A DNA stretch of 64,000 nt from NCBI GenBank assembly GCA_041165285.1, contig JBEANV010000543.1, positions 24,908-88,907 of the forward strand, given 5' to 3'. Below the pieces are notes generated by a model. That model made no database searches. It saw only the letters and a list, made by a program, of their open reading frames with translations, and was not told the DNA's origin. The position numbers and the translations under genes were made by a program. Positions within the stretch are counted from its first letter, which is position 1, and each line of letters begins with the position of its first letter. The DNA comes from Pseudomonadota bacterium. Its GTDB lineage: Bacteria > Pseudomonadota > Gammaproteobacteria > Burkholderiales > Burkholderiaceae_C. Below are positions 19,509 to 27,821 of the stretch, one piece after another.

Positions 19509-19837
19509 CTGCCGACAGCATTTTCGATGCACCGGGCTACCGGGCGGCAACCTCGATCGTCATCAGCAGCCCGGCCGCGCTGCGCGGGAACCCGGGCCTC
19601 GTGGCCGAAGCCGTGCGGGCGATGGCTGCGTTTCGCGCCGAACTTGATGCGCTGCGCACCGACCCCGCGAACCTTCTGGCTGTGCCGGAAATCGAGGAAC
19701 TGGCGGCCGATCCGGCGCTGGCCGGCCGGCTGCTGGGTGACCCCGCATTCATCCGGTCGCTGACGATCCGCACCGCCGTGGACATGCTCGAATCAGCCCG
19801 CCGACACCTCATGGCCGCGCTTCTGCCGGCCGGGTAG
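19505..19837 (+). CDS. Hypothetical protein
   Basis: GTG overlaps the antirepressor stop (GTGA); followed by a terminator. Confidence 0.5.
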   Translation: MTADSIFDAPGYRAATSIVISSPAALRGNPGLVAEAVRAMAAFRAELDALRTDPANLLAVPEIEELAADPALAGRLLGDPAFIRSLTIRTAVDMLESARRHLMAALLPAG

Positions 19838-19864
19838 AATCCCGGCTGTAAGTCATCATGCGTT

Positions 19865-19897
19865 TGCCCCGTCACTTCGGTGCCGGGGCATTTTTTT
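19865..19897 (+). terminator. Rho-independent terminator
   Basis: TGCCCCG..CAC-TTCG-GTG..CGGGGCA followed by T7. Confidence 0.75.
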
Positions 19898-19903
19898 GTC
19901 CGG

Positions 19904-20392
19904 TCAGACCAGTCCGGCCGGGTACTGCCACCGGCCGCCAGCACAGCGCACGCCAGACCGGATATCCATCCGGCCGCGGGCAGCGAACGCCAGATGCACC
20001 CATGCGCCGGGCGAGTTCTCGCCGGGCCGCACATCCTCAAGGATGACCTGATCGAACGCGATCACCTCGCGGTTCGCCAGCAGCAGCTTCGCCACGGCGC
20101 GCGGCGATCCGTAGCCGGGACAGGTGAAGTCGATCGCCAGCCCCAGCAGGTGCGCGCTGGTGGTGGATGCGCCGGGCGTGGCCGCATTGAGCGCAGCCGA
20201 CCGGTACCCCGAGCTGATCAGCATCGCCGACCCCAGCAAGTCGCGCACGCGCTGCACCCCAGGGGATAGCACGTCGGCGATGTTCTTCAGGTGGTCGGCG
20301 GTCGGGGTGTTGTTGATCCCCTGCCGGGTGGCGCGCTGCGACACCAGGAACTCGGACAGGTGGAAATTGGGCTGAAGTTTCCGGTCGATCAT
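19904..20392 (-). CDS. Endolysin, peptidase M15 family
   Basis: NF.LSEF..S, ISSGYRS..LN, S.H..G.AID and WVH zinc-peptidase motifs. Confidence 0.85.
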   Translation of the reverse strand: MIDRKLQPNFHLSEFLVSQRATRQGINNTPTADHLKNIADVLSPGVQRVRDLLGSAMLISSGYRSAALNAATPGASTTSAHLLGLAIDFTCPGYGSPRAVAKLLLANREVIAFDQVILEDVRPGENSPGAWVHLAFAARGRMDIRSGVRCAGGRWQYPAGLV

Positions 20393-20676
20393 GCTTCTGC
20401 TCCTGTGTTGCGCGCTCTGCGTGCCAGCATCCGGGCCGCTTCGCCGGCCAGCACCAGAAGGATAGCCACGATGTCGAAGGGGCCGATTTCAGCGCCCTGT
20501 GTCAGCACCACGCGGCTCAGGCCCAAGAAGGCTATCCAGCCGGGGACCATGTGGGCCAGCCGAAGCCACGGGCACATTTCCGGGCCGGCGATGTGCGCCC
20601 GGTACAGCGCAATGCCTGCCAGCGCGATGCAGATCGCCGCGTAGGCGGCTGCCGTTGGATGGAGTTGAAGCATCAT
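20389..20676 (-). CDS. Holin/antiholin-like membrane protein
   Basis: Three hydrophobic segments; overlaps the endolysin start. Confidence 0.5.
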   Translation of the reverse strand: MMLQLHPTAAAYAAICIALAGIALYRAHIAGPEMCPWLRLAHMVPGWIAFLGLSRVVLTQGAEIGPFDIVAILLVLAGEAARMLARRARNTGAEA

Positions 20677-21071
20677 TCGCCCCCGCGCGCATCATCGGCT
20701 CCGAGCTTCCGGGCAATCGAGCGCGCGAAACTGCCGGCGACGGAGAAAGCTGAATCGACCAGGGAATTGATCCGGTCCCCGATGGCCGCCGACCAGAACG
20801 CCGAAGCGGCAAGCACCTCAAGCGACGGGCCGCCCGCCATGGAACTCACGGCCATCTCGACCGACCAGGACAGGACCATGGAGGCAGAGACGAACCGGAT
20901 GAACGCCGACAGGCTTTCCAGTCGGGAAGGCGTGGTGATTCGGCTCAGTGCCCACTGCGCGCCAGCGCAGGCAGAGAAGAAGGCAACAAGCCACGGGGAA
21001 ATCGAGTAGGTGGCCGCTGCCGCCGTCAGGAATCCCGTGGTTTTGAGGGCAAGCGTTGTTGTGTCGGCCAT
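20673..21071 (-). CDS. Holin-like membrane protein
   Basis: Several hydrophobic segments and a charged C-terminus; first gene of the lysis cassette. Confidence 0.55.
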   Translation of the reverse strand: MADTTTLALKTTGFLTAAAATYSISPWLVAFFSACAGAQWALSRITTPSRLESLSAFIRFVSASMVLSWSVEMAVSSMAGGPSLEVLAASAFWSAAIGDRINSLVDSAFSVAGSFARSIARKLGADDARGGE

Positions 21072-21098
21072 CTCGGTTGAAGGAAAGTTGTTGGCCGG

Positions 21099-21140
21099 AT
21101 TACGCCACCCCGGCCACCCCTCGAACCGGGCTGGTTTTCC
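21099..21140 (-). promoter_or_regulatory. Putative late promoter GGAAAA-N30-CGTAAT (lysis cassette)
   Basis: ttttcc 21135-21140 and attacg 21099-21104. Confidence 0.65.
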
Positions 21141-21141
21141 T

Positions 21142-21405
21142 TCAGCGCCGCTGCAAGTTGGCGATGCCGCGCCCGAGGTTGTTCACGGACTTGATCACGG
21201 CGTTGATGTGCTTCAGCACTGCCTCAAGTTCTGCGCGCCGCCCCTTGTGGTTCTCTGCGAGCGTCGTCATGGCCTTGGACCCAAGGATGTCCTCAAGGTC
21301 CGAGATGCCCAGGTTCAGCGCCTCCGCGTAGGAGTTCGACGTGTAGAGCGACAGCGTGCTTGCTTGGTCAATCCGTGCGCCCAGCAAGTCGGCGCGCGGC
21401 TTCAC
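21142..21405 (-). CDS. Small tail/baseplate assembly protein
   Basis: ORF overlapping the end of the upstream gene; GTG start uncertain. Confidence 0.4.
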   Translation of the reverse strand: MKPRADLLGARIDQASTLSLYTSNSYAEALNLGISDLEDILGSKAMTTLAENHKGRRAELEAVLKHINAVIKSVNNLGRGIANLQRR

Positions 21406-22117
21406 TGAGGCAGGAATCGGCAGGAAATCGGGTCGGCGCCGATGTGCCGTCACCGGTCTTTCTGGCGAAGCACGGGCCGGCATCGTCGTAGGTCAGCGCG
21501 AAGAAGTGCGCCAGTTCCGTCGTCCCTGCCCAGAAGGCGGAAAGCATGTCTTCCACGTCGCTTTCTGGCATGTCCTTCAGCGCGTCGATCCGCGACGAAA
21601 CCCAGTCCACGGCCTCGCGCTCCGACATATCCGCAAGGTCCGGCCGAGCCTCGCCGGCCGGAAAGACTTGGCAGGCCATCATCCCGATTGCCCACTCGCC
21701 CGCCACGCGGCACAGGCGCTCAAGCACCTCATGGTGGACGCCAAGCAGGGGCAGCACGTCGAAGGGCTGGCCGGCGTCCGATTCAACCTGCACTGTGTCG
21801 TGAACGTAGTCCTCGCCCATGGAGATAAAGTCCGACAGGCTGGCGCCTTCGTACACGTCGAAGTTCGCCTTCGCGGAGACGGCCGACAGGTATCGGCAGA
21901 CCACAAAGGCCCGCTCTTGCACAGTCCACCGGCGCGGGTCCGCGACCTTGCCGCCGCCGTCGTCTGCCGTGGCGCAGATGGCTCGCAGGAATGCGCTTTC
22001 CGTGGCGCCCAGCAGTTGCGCCGGCATCTTCAAGAGCGCGATGGACTCACCGACCTTGATTTCTTTCGGCGTCACGTCAATTCGCGCCGTGCGGATTCGT
22101 GGGATGTTGATGGGCAT
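21368..22117 (-). CDS. Baseplate/tail assembly protein (P1-like)
   Basis: DPRRWTVQER...YL motif; synteny downstream of the sheath operon. Confidence 0.5.
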   Translation of the reverse strand: MPINIPRIRTARIDVTPKEIKVGESIALLKMPAQLLGATESAFLRAICATADDGGGKVADPRRWTVQERAFVVCRYLSAVSAKANFDVYEGASLSDFISMGEDYVHDTVQVESDAGQPFDVLPLLGVHHEVLERLCRVAGEWAIGMMACQVFPAGEARPDLADMSEREAVDWVSSRIDALKDMPESDVEDMLSAFWAGTTELAHFFALTYDDAGPCFARKTGDGTSAPTRFPADSCLSEAARRLAGRTD

Positions 22118-22142
22118 GGGGATTCTGAGGTGTAGGGGGGGG

Positions 22143-22904
22143 TCAGCGGCGCATCGCGCGCCAGTCATTCACGTCGAACGCAGCAAGGCTGTTGATCTGC
22201 AGCGGGATCTGTGCGCTGACAGCCCGGCCGTCTTTGTCAATCGGCGCATCCAGGGCTTGCCCGATGGACTCGATCACCATGGGCAGGATGGCCATCCCGC
22301 CGAAGCGCACGCCGACAACCTGCGGGGACAGCGACGGGTAGAACGCCGCCAGCGGGCCGGCGCCCTTGATCAGCCCGGTCAGCGTCAGGTCCGTGGCAAG
22401 CTCGCGGGGAAGCATCCACTGCCAAAGCTGGTCCACCGGCCTTTGTACTTCCTTCACGGGGTCATCCATCGCCCGGAATAGCGCGGTGACCGACATATTC
22501 AGCGGGGGGCTTCCCGAGTAAATCTGGGTGGAATTGAAGCGGGTTACCGACGTTCGCCCGACAAGTTGCGCAGCCTCACCCTGCGCCGCCTGCAGCAGAC
22601 CCTTGACCGCACCAGGGGTGAATGACGCCTTCTCAAGCGCCTGCAGCACTGGATTGAACCCGCCAACCTGCAGCATTGCCGAGAACGTGGACATGCTCGC
22701 GTCCGGGGTGATGTTCTCGAACGGGGAAATCCAGTTCTGGGTTTGCCGAAGCTCGCCCCCAGGGGCGATCGGGAACACGACAACGTTCCCGCCCGCCACC
22801 GGCTGGTAGCTGCGTGTGTCCCCAGGCGTGCGCATCTCGACCGGGTAGACCGACATCAGCAAGTGGGGCGAGAGGTTGCCCCACTTCGAGCCTAGTTCGG
22901 CCAC
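22143..22904 (-). CDS. Tail tube-initiator/baseplate-like protein
   Basis: W.SPFE, S.T..NS.Q.Y.G.PP and P.VIESI...LDAP motifs. Confidence 0.55.
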   Translation of the reverse strand: MAELGSKWGNLSPHLLMSVYPVEMRTPGDTRSYQPVAGGNVVVFPIAPGGELRQTQNWISPFENITPDASMSTFSAMLQVGGFNPVLQALEKASFTPGAVKGLLQAAQGEAAQLVGRTSVTRFNSTQIYSGSPPLNMSVTALFRAMDDPVKEVQRPVDQLWQWMLPRELATDLTLTGLIKGAGPLAAFYPSLSPQVVGVRFGGMAILPMVIESIGQALDAPIDKDGRAVSAQIPLQINSLAAFDVNDWRAMRR

Positions 22905-22907
22905 CGG

Positions 22908-23636
22908 TTACAGCCCGCCCGCGCGACGGATCTTCATGGACTTCGCGCGATGGATGCGGGCCTGTGCGCCATGGGACTTGGACTGCGCCTTGCGAAGCGA
23001 GACCTTCTGCGCGCCGGTCATGCGGAACACGCCGCTGATCCGCTTGTTGACGCGCATCTTCTTGCCGCCGCGCACGACGGTCTGCATCTTGTACGTCGCG
23101 TCCAAGATGCCAAGCGCACTGTCGAACAGGGCTTCCTGAGCCTCGCCGCCGAACACGTAGCTGTTGATTGCGTCCATGTCGTCGCTGTCGTCGCCGACCT
23201 CCTTGGACACGAAATCAGCCACGCGGGCCGCTGCCTCGTTGTCGTCGTCGTTGAAGATGGCCGAAACGTCATCTTCACCGGCGCCCAGCTCAACGAGGTA
23301 GTCGGCGGCCATCTCCATGTAGGCCGTCGCCAGCGCCTCCTCATCGGTCGTCAGCTCGGCCGGCGAGCCTGCATCTTCCGTGGCGATGCCGATCAGCATC
23401 ATCTGCAGCCGTGTGGCCATGCCCTCACCGGGGTCCATGTCATCGGCGTCACGGCACCACTGGCGCACCACGGACGCGGCGGCCATGCGGGAATCGGCGG
23501 CCTCGAACGCCGCGGCGTCAAGGAATGGGGCGGGGGTAGCGGCCCGGCTGGCCGGCGATCCGGCCGCAGCCGTTTCGTCGGCTTCCTGAGCGCCGCCCAT
23601 GTACTTCAGGTACGGGGAATTTCGGTGCGAAGTCAT
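22908..23636 (-). CDS. Acidic morphogenesis protein with basic tail (P1 gp21 position; prohead-core-like C-terminus)
   Basis: Acidic body, then VVRGGK...AQKVSLRKA...RAKSMKIRR; directly after the sheath. Confidence 0.55.
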   Translation of the reverse strand: MTSHRNSPYLKYMGGAQEADETAAAGSPASRAATPAPFLDAAAFEAADSRMAAASVVRQWCRDADDMDPGEGMATRLQMMLIGIATEDAGSPAELTTDEEALATAYMEMAADYLVELGAGEDDVSAIFNDDDNEAAARVADFVSKEVGDDSDDMDAINSYVFGGEAQEALFDSALGILDATYKMQTVVRGGKKMRVNKRISGVFRMTGAQKVSLRKAQSKSHGAQARIHRAKSMKIRRAGGL

Positions 23637-23685
23637 GTGTTCTCCAGTCGGCGCGGCGAGCGAACCCGCCGCGCGTTGACCATGA

Positions 23686-25506
23686 TCAGCCGGCGATGCG
23701 CTGCTGAATCACGAATTGCCGAGCTGTGCCGTCGTAGCTGGCGAAGAACTCGATGCGCACGCGGTCACGCGGCGATTCCGCCGAAGGACCGACCTTGATC
23801 GAGAACGCCGCGCCGCCCAGCTTGGTCGAGGGCACCAGCCATTCGGCCGACTGGGCAGCCTTCAGCAGCTTCAGCAGGTAGCGGTTCATGCGGGAGATGG
23901 CCTCCTGCATCGGGAGCTGCTTCAGCTCGCCAGCGTAGCCGGCAACCTGCCGTTCCAGGCTGGTCGCCATGTCCACCACCGCCGACAGGCCCAGGAACTC
24001 GGTGGACGGGTAGCAGGTGATCGAGTCGCGAATCACGTAGTGCCCGCCGTTGCTGAAAACCTCGAAGCAGACCGGATTGATCCGGGCGCCGCTCAGGTCT
24101 TCAAAGTCCGTGTCGGTCAGGGGGGTGATCTGGCGCGGGGCAACCATGTCAACCGGATTGAAGAAGCCGGCGACGGGGTAGTTCTTGCGGGCCAGCCCGT
24201 CAGCGTTGACGTTCGCGTTGCGTGCGCAGCGCATCCCGATGGCCGATCCGCCGGCGCCCCACGCCTCGCGCTGGCCGCCACGGTCATCGAAGCACTCGAC
24301 CGGGCGCCACATCAGTTCGACCAGATGCGACGTGATCGACAGCGACGATGCGAAGCTGGCAGCAGCGGACGGCGACAGGGTGCCGCGGATGTCCACCACG
24401 ACGGTGATGTTCTTCGCATCGGCCAGCTTCACCAGCTCGTTGATCAGGACCACGTTTTCCGTGCCGCCAGAAATCAGGTAGCCGAACGGGATCTGCGAAC
24501 CACGCAGGCGAGCGACGGCCGCGCCGATGTCGGCCGGCAGGTACTCGGTCGCGCCTTCGCTGAACATGACCAGGGCCGGGGTGGTCACCCAGCGGTCACG
24601 CCCTTGGGCGGTGCGACCGTACATCGCCGAGTCCGGGTGAACGCTTGCCGTGGCATTCGCGACGATGCGCAGGTTGCCGCCAGTCAGGGTTTCGGCCACG
24701 TCGGAGATGAACGCCGAGTTGCCGTAGTCATCGCGGGCGTCCGGGTCCAGGGAGCCAGTGATGTCGAACAGCGTTTCGTTGCTGAACGGGTCGATCACGC
24801 GCAGGTTGATGACGCGGTTTGCCACCTTCGTGCCGACCAGCGGGGTGGCCGCGGCGTGGACACTGAAGATCAGCCCGTCGTTGAAGCACTCTTCGTGGTC
24901 AAAGTACAGGTCGAAGTTGGTGGGGATCGTGTCGGACACGCCGAACAAGCCGCCTTCAGCCATGCGGGCCGTGGCCGACGTGTAGCCGTCGCCGCCATCG
25001 GTCACGGTCACGCTGGTGATCGTGCCGCTGCCATCGGCAACGATGGTGCCAGCCGCGCCGTGGCCGTTGCCGTCGAACTCGATTCGCTGGCCGGTCGCAT
25101 AGCCGGCGCCGCCGGCGGTCACGGTGACGCCGGAAACGTGGCCGGATGCCAGATTGACCGTGAAGGCCGCGCCGCCGTCGAACTTGATGAAGCCGAATTT
25201 CTTGGTCGCGCCGGCGCCGACAAGGCGCTGCACCACCGCCCCAGCCGCGCCAGCCTGCAGGCCATCCTTGACTTGGCGCAGACCTTCGGCCAGCCGATTG
25301 CGGCGCATGGACTCCGGGCGGCCCGTGCGCTGCACGAGGTTGTCCAGGTTGACCATGAACGGGCGGTCGAAACGGCCGCGGGCGGTGCGGACGACTGCGG
25401 CAAACGTCTTGTCGCTCGAAACCGTCAGGGGGCTGTCCACCATTTGAACGGTGGGGCTGACTTGCACGCCGGGCGCGCGGCCCATTTGTCGGGAAAAGCT
25501 GCTCAT
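23686..25506 (-). CDS. Contractile tail sheath protein (P1 gp22-like)
   Basis: 606 aa; F.RQ.G..PGVQ, RGRFDRPF.V and L...RINPV motifs; downstream of the capsid gene. Confidence 0.8.
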   Translation of the reverse strand: MSSFSRQMGRAPGVQVSPTVQMVDSPLTVSSDKTFAAVVRTARGRFDRPFMVNLDNLVQRTGRPESMRRNRLAEGLRQVKDGLQAGAAGAVVQRLVGAGATKKFGFIKFDGGAAFTVNLASGHVSGVTVTAGGAGYATGQRIEFDGNGHGAAGTIVADGSGTITSVTVTDGGDGYTSATARMAEGGLFGVSDTIPTNFDLYFDHEECFNDGLIFSVHAAATPLVGTKVANRVINLRVIDPFSNETLFDITGSLDPDARDDYGNSAFISDVAETLTGGNLRIVANATASVHPDSAMYGRTAQGRDRWVTTPALVMFSEGATEYLPADIGAAVARLRGSQIPFGYLISGGTENVVLINELVKLADAKNITVVVDIRGTLSPSAAASFASSLSITSHLVELMWRPVECFDDRGGQREAWGAGGSAIGMRCARNANVNADGLARKNYPVAGFFNPVDMVAPRQITPLTDTDFEDLSGARINPVCFEVFSNGGHYVIRDSITCYPSTEFLGLSAVVDMATSLERQVAGYAGELKQLPMQEAISRMNRYLLKLLKAAQSAEWLVPSTKLGGAAFSIKVGPSAESPRDRVRIEFFASYDGTARQFVIQQRIAG

Positions 25507-25511
25507 GGCTT

Positions 25512-25958
25512 TCAGACTCCAGTGGGGATGCCGGCGAAGATGACTTCACCCGCAGAAATTTGGTTGGTGCGAAGAATCGCCTTGATGTTGGCGATGACTT
25601 GGCGACAGTGCGACGGGCTGGCCACCGTCACGCCACGGCTGCAGGCCGGGGCGATGAGGGCGCCAGTGATCGGCTCCACGATGGCAATGCGGCTGTGGTT
25701 CGTCACGGTGATCGTGACCGGCCACTCTGCCGCGGCCTCATCCGCCGTGGGCGCCGCGCCATCGGCGGGCACCACGACAGGATCAGGCACCGCGGCAGGC
25801 TCAGGCGCTGGCGGGGCGTCAGCGGTGGATGTGTCCACCCGCCCCACTTCATCGCCCGCCGTCGCCAGCTCCAGCGCGTCAGGCTCGGTCGGCTGCATGT
25901 CTGCGGCCGGCCCGAGTTGACGGGCGCGCTGCTTTTGTTTGCGCCCGTCGTCCATCAC
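25512..25958 (-). CDS. Hypothetical virion protein
   Basis: Between capsid and sheath; Pro/Ala-rich linker. Confidence 0.5.
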   Translation of the reverse strand: MMDDGRKQKQRARQLGPAADMQPTEPDALELATAGDEVGRVDTSTADAPPAPEPAAVPDPVVVPADGAAPTADEAAAEWPVTITVTNHSRIAIVEPITGALIAPACSRGVTVASPSHCRQVIANIKAILRTNQISAGEVIFAGIPTGV

Positions 25959-27658
25959 TTCATGCCCGTCAAGTGGATGATCGCGCAGCCCATCGCGGAC
26001 GGGTGGTGCGGGTTCGTCTCGGTCGCCCAGCGGCCGTAGAAACCACGGTTGCGGGTCATGTCGCCGTTCGTGGCGATTTCCACGGGCATCAGCGGCACGG
26101 GGTCGGCCGTGACGATCGGGCAGCGGGTGGCTTGCGAGCTGCGGCCGATGGCCAGGATCTGCGCGGTCTCGCCGCTCACGTCATCGGCCATGATCTTCCA
26201 GCGGGCTGGCACGCGGTACACGCGCTTGCCGAACAGGACGCCGACGTAGTACAGGCCGGCATGGGGTTGTACGCCGCTCGCGCTGAAGTATTCCGGGGGA
26301 AGGGCACGGATCTGCGCGGCCACCCAGTCGTTCACGTACAAAAAGTCAATGCCGTGGTCCTGCGTCTTGTTCGCCACGACTTGATCGAGCATGGCCAGCG
26401 TCGTCATGAAGTCGCGCCACATGTCTTCGCGCGCCTTCTGCGCACGCTCGGTGCTGAAGCTGAAATCGTGCGAGATGCTGGTGTTCTTCGCCAGCTCGGC
26501 GGCCAGCCGCAGCCCCAGGTAGTGGCGCTCCATCGTGATCTGCTTGCGCGTCGTCAGGATGGCCTCGGCTTCCGGGTCGATGCCGATTTCACGCGGGAAC
26601 TGCTGCGCGGCGTCGATACCGATTTCCGCCTTCATCCGCATCGTCTCGGCGTAGATCGAGAACTGGGACGTGGTGATGATCACGCCGGGGGTGAGGCCCG
26701 GCGCCTTCTCGTAGTTCAGCACCGCACGGGCGATGACCGACGAACCGGCCGGCAGGGCCGGGGTGATCTGGGCGATGACCAGCTTTCCGGTGTCCGGGTT
26801 CACCGAACCGGTGATGGCGTGGTCTTGCCCGTCGATGGTGATCGACCCGCTGATTTGGCTGGTGGTCGAGTTGGCGTTGACGCCGGTTTCCACCGCCGCG
26901 CGGATGCCGTTGACGAAAATCGCCGTGCGGTTGCGGTACAGCGGGATGCCGATGGTGCCAGCGGCATTCGAGCCACCGAATCCGGGGGTCGTCTTGTCGC
27001 TCTGCGCCGTGAAGGTGATCTCGAACGGCAGTTGCGCGTGGTTGACGCGGACGAAGCGGGCCGACGTGCCGAACAGGCCGCCAAGGTCGGCGCCGTCCAT
27101 GCTGTCGCCCTTGGCGTAGTCGCCCATGTCGGCGTTGGCGACGTGCTCGACGATGATGATCGGCTGTTCGTTGCTGCTGATGTCCGGGGGGAGTGCCGCG
27201 GCAAACGGCATGGCTTCAGCGATGGCGCCCATGAGGACGACGGCCGCGCGGTTCGCCTGGATCGACGTGGCATCGTGCGAAAGCGACGTGGCATCGTCCA
27301 GAAGCGAGCCGTTGTCATTCACACCGCGGATGGCCACACGGGCTTGCGAAATGGCCGAATCCACCCAGTCGGCGGACGGCGGCTCGCCGTGTACCTGCGT
27401 GTACTGGTCGATACCGTCCAGCATCGCACCCAGGAGCTTCTTCTGGCCCTTGGCGGTCAGTTTGCCCATCAGGGTATCCAGTGCGGGCGGCAGGTTGAAG
27501 CCGGCATCGCTGCCAGAGCGGACCAGGACGGCATCCACGGTTTCAGCAGTCGTGCCGCCGCCCATGTCAGCGACGGAATCGAGGAAGCCATGGACCACGC
27601 CGGTGTGGGCGGAAGAGTAGTTGGCGCCGATGCGCACAAGGCGCTTAGAAATCGTCAT
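25955..27658 (-). CDS. Major capsid protein (P1 gp23-like)
   Basis: About 567 aa; GGAG RBS, own late promoter, strong codon bias; synteny capsid-sheath-gp21 as in P1. Confidence 0.75.
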   Translation of the reverse strand: MTISKRLVRIGANYSSAHTGVVHGFLDSVADMGGGTTAETVDAVLVRSGSDAGFNLPPALDTLMGKLTAKGQKKLLGAMLDGIDQYTQVHGEPPSADWVDSAISQARVAIRGVNDNGSLLDDATSLSHDATSIQANRAAVVLMGAIAEAMPFAAALPPDISSNEQPIIIVEHVANADMGDYAKGDSMDGADLGGLFGTSARFVRVNHAQLPFEITFTAQSDKTTPGFGGSNAAGTIGIPLYRNRTAIFVNGIRAAVETGVNANSTTSQISGSITIDGQDHAITGSVNPDTGKLVIAQITPALPAGSSVIARAVLNYEKAPGLTPGVIITTSQFSIYAETMRMKAEIGIDAAQQFPREIGIDPEAEAILTTRKQITMERHYLGLRLAAELAKNTSISHDFSFSTERAQKAREDMWRDFMTTLAMLDQVVANKTQDHGIDFLYVNDWVAAQIRALPPEYFSASGVQPHAGLYYVGVLFGKRVYRVPARWKIMADDVSGETAQILAIGRSSQATRCPIVTADPVPLMPVEIATNGDMTRNRGFYGRWATETNPHHPSAMGCAIIHLTGMK

Positions 27659-27698
27659 TACGGGGTCTCCGATGATTCGCGCAAGTGCGCATTGCGGA

Positions 27699-27740
27699 AT
27701 CATCTGTCCCGGTATGAATTCATTCCCATGGCATTTTTCC
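27699..27740 (-). promoter_or_regulatory. Putative late promoter GGAAAA-N30-GATGAT (capsid operon)
   Basis: ttttcc 27735-27740 and atcatc 27699-27704. Confidence 0.6.
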
Positions 27741-27757
27741 ATGCAGGCAAAACAATG

Positions 27758-27783
27758 AAAAAGGCGCCAAACGGCGCCTTTTT
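27758..27783. terminator. Bidirectional intrinsic terminator
   Basis: AAAAAGGCGCC-AAAC-GGCGCCTTTTT. Confidence 0.85.
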
Positions 27784-27821
27784 GCGGTCAAACATACCTC
27801 ATCTCTGCAGTATTCAGGCAA

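Noticed and set aside
21142-22117. Programmed frameshift between two overlapping tail-assembly ORFs
   Set aside because: No recognisable slippery heptamer in the overlap.
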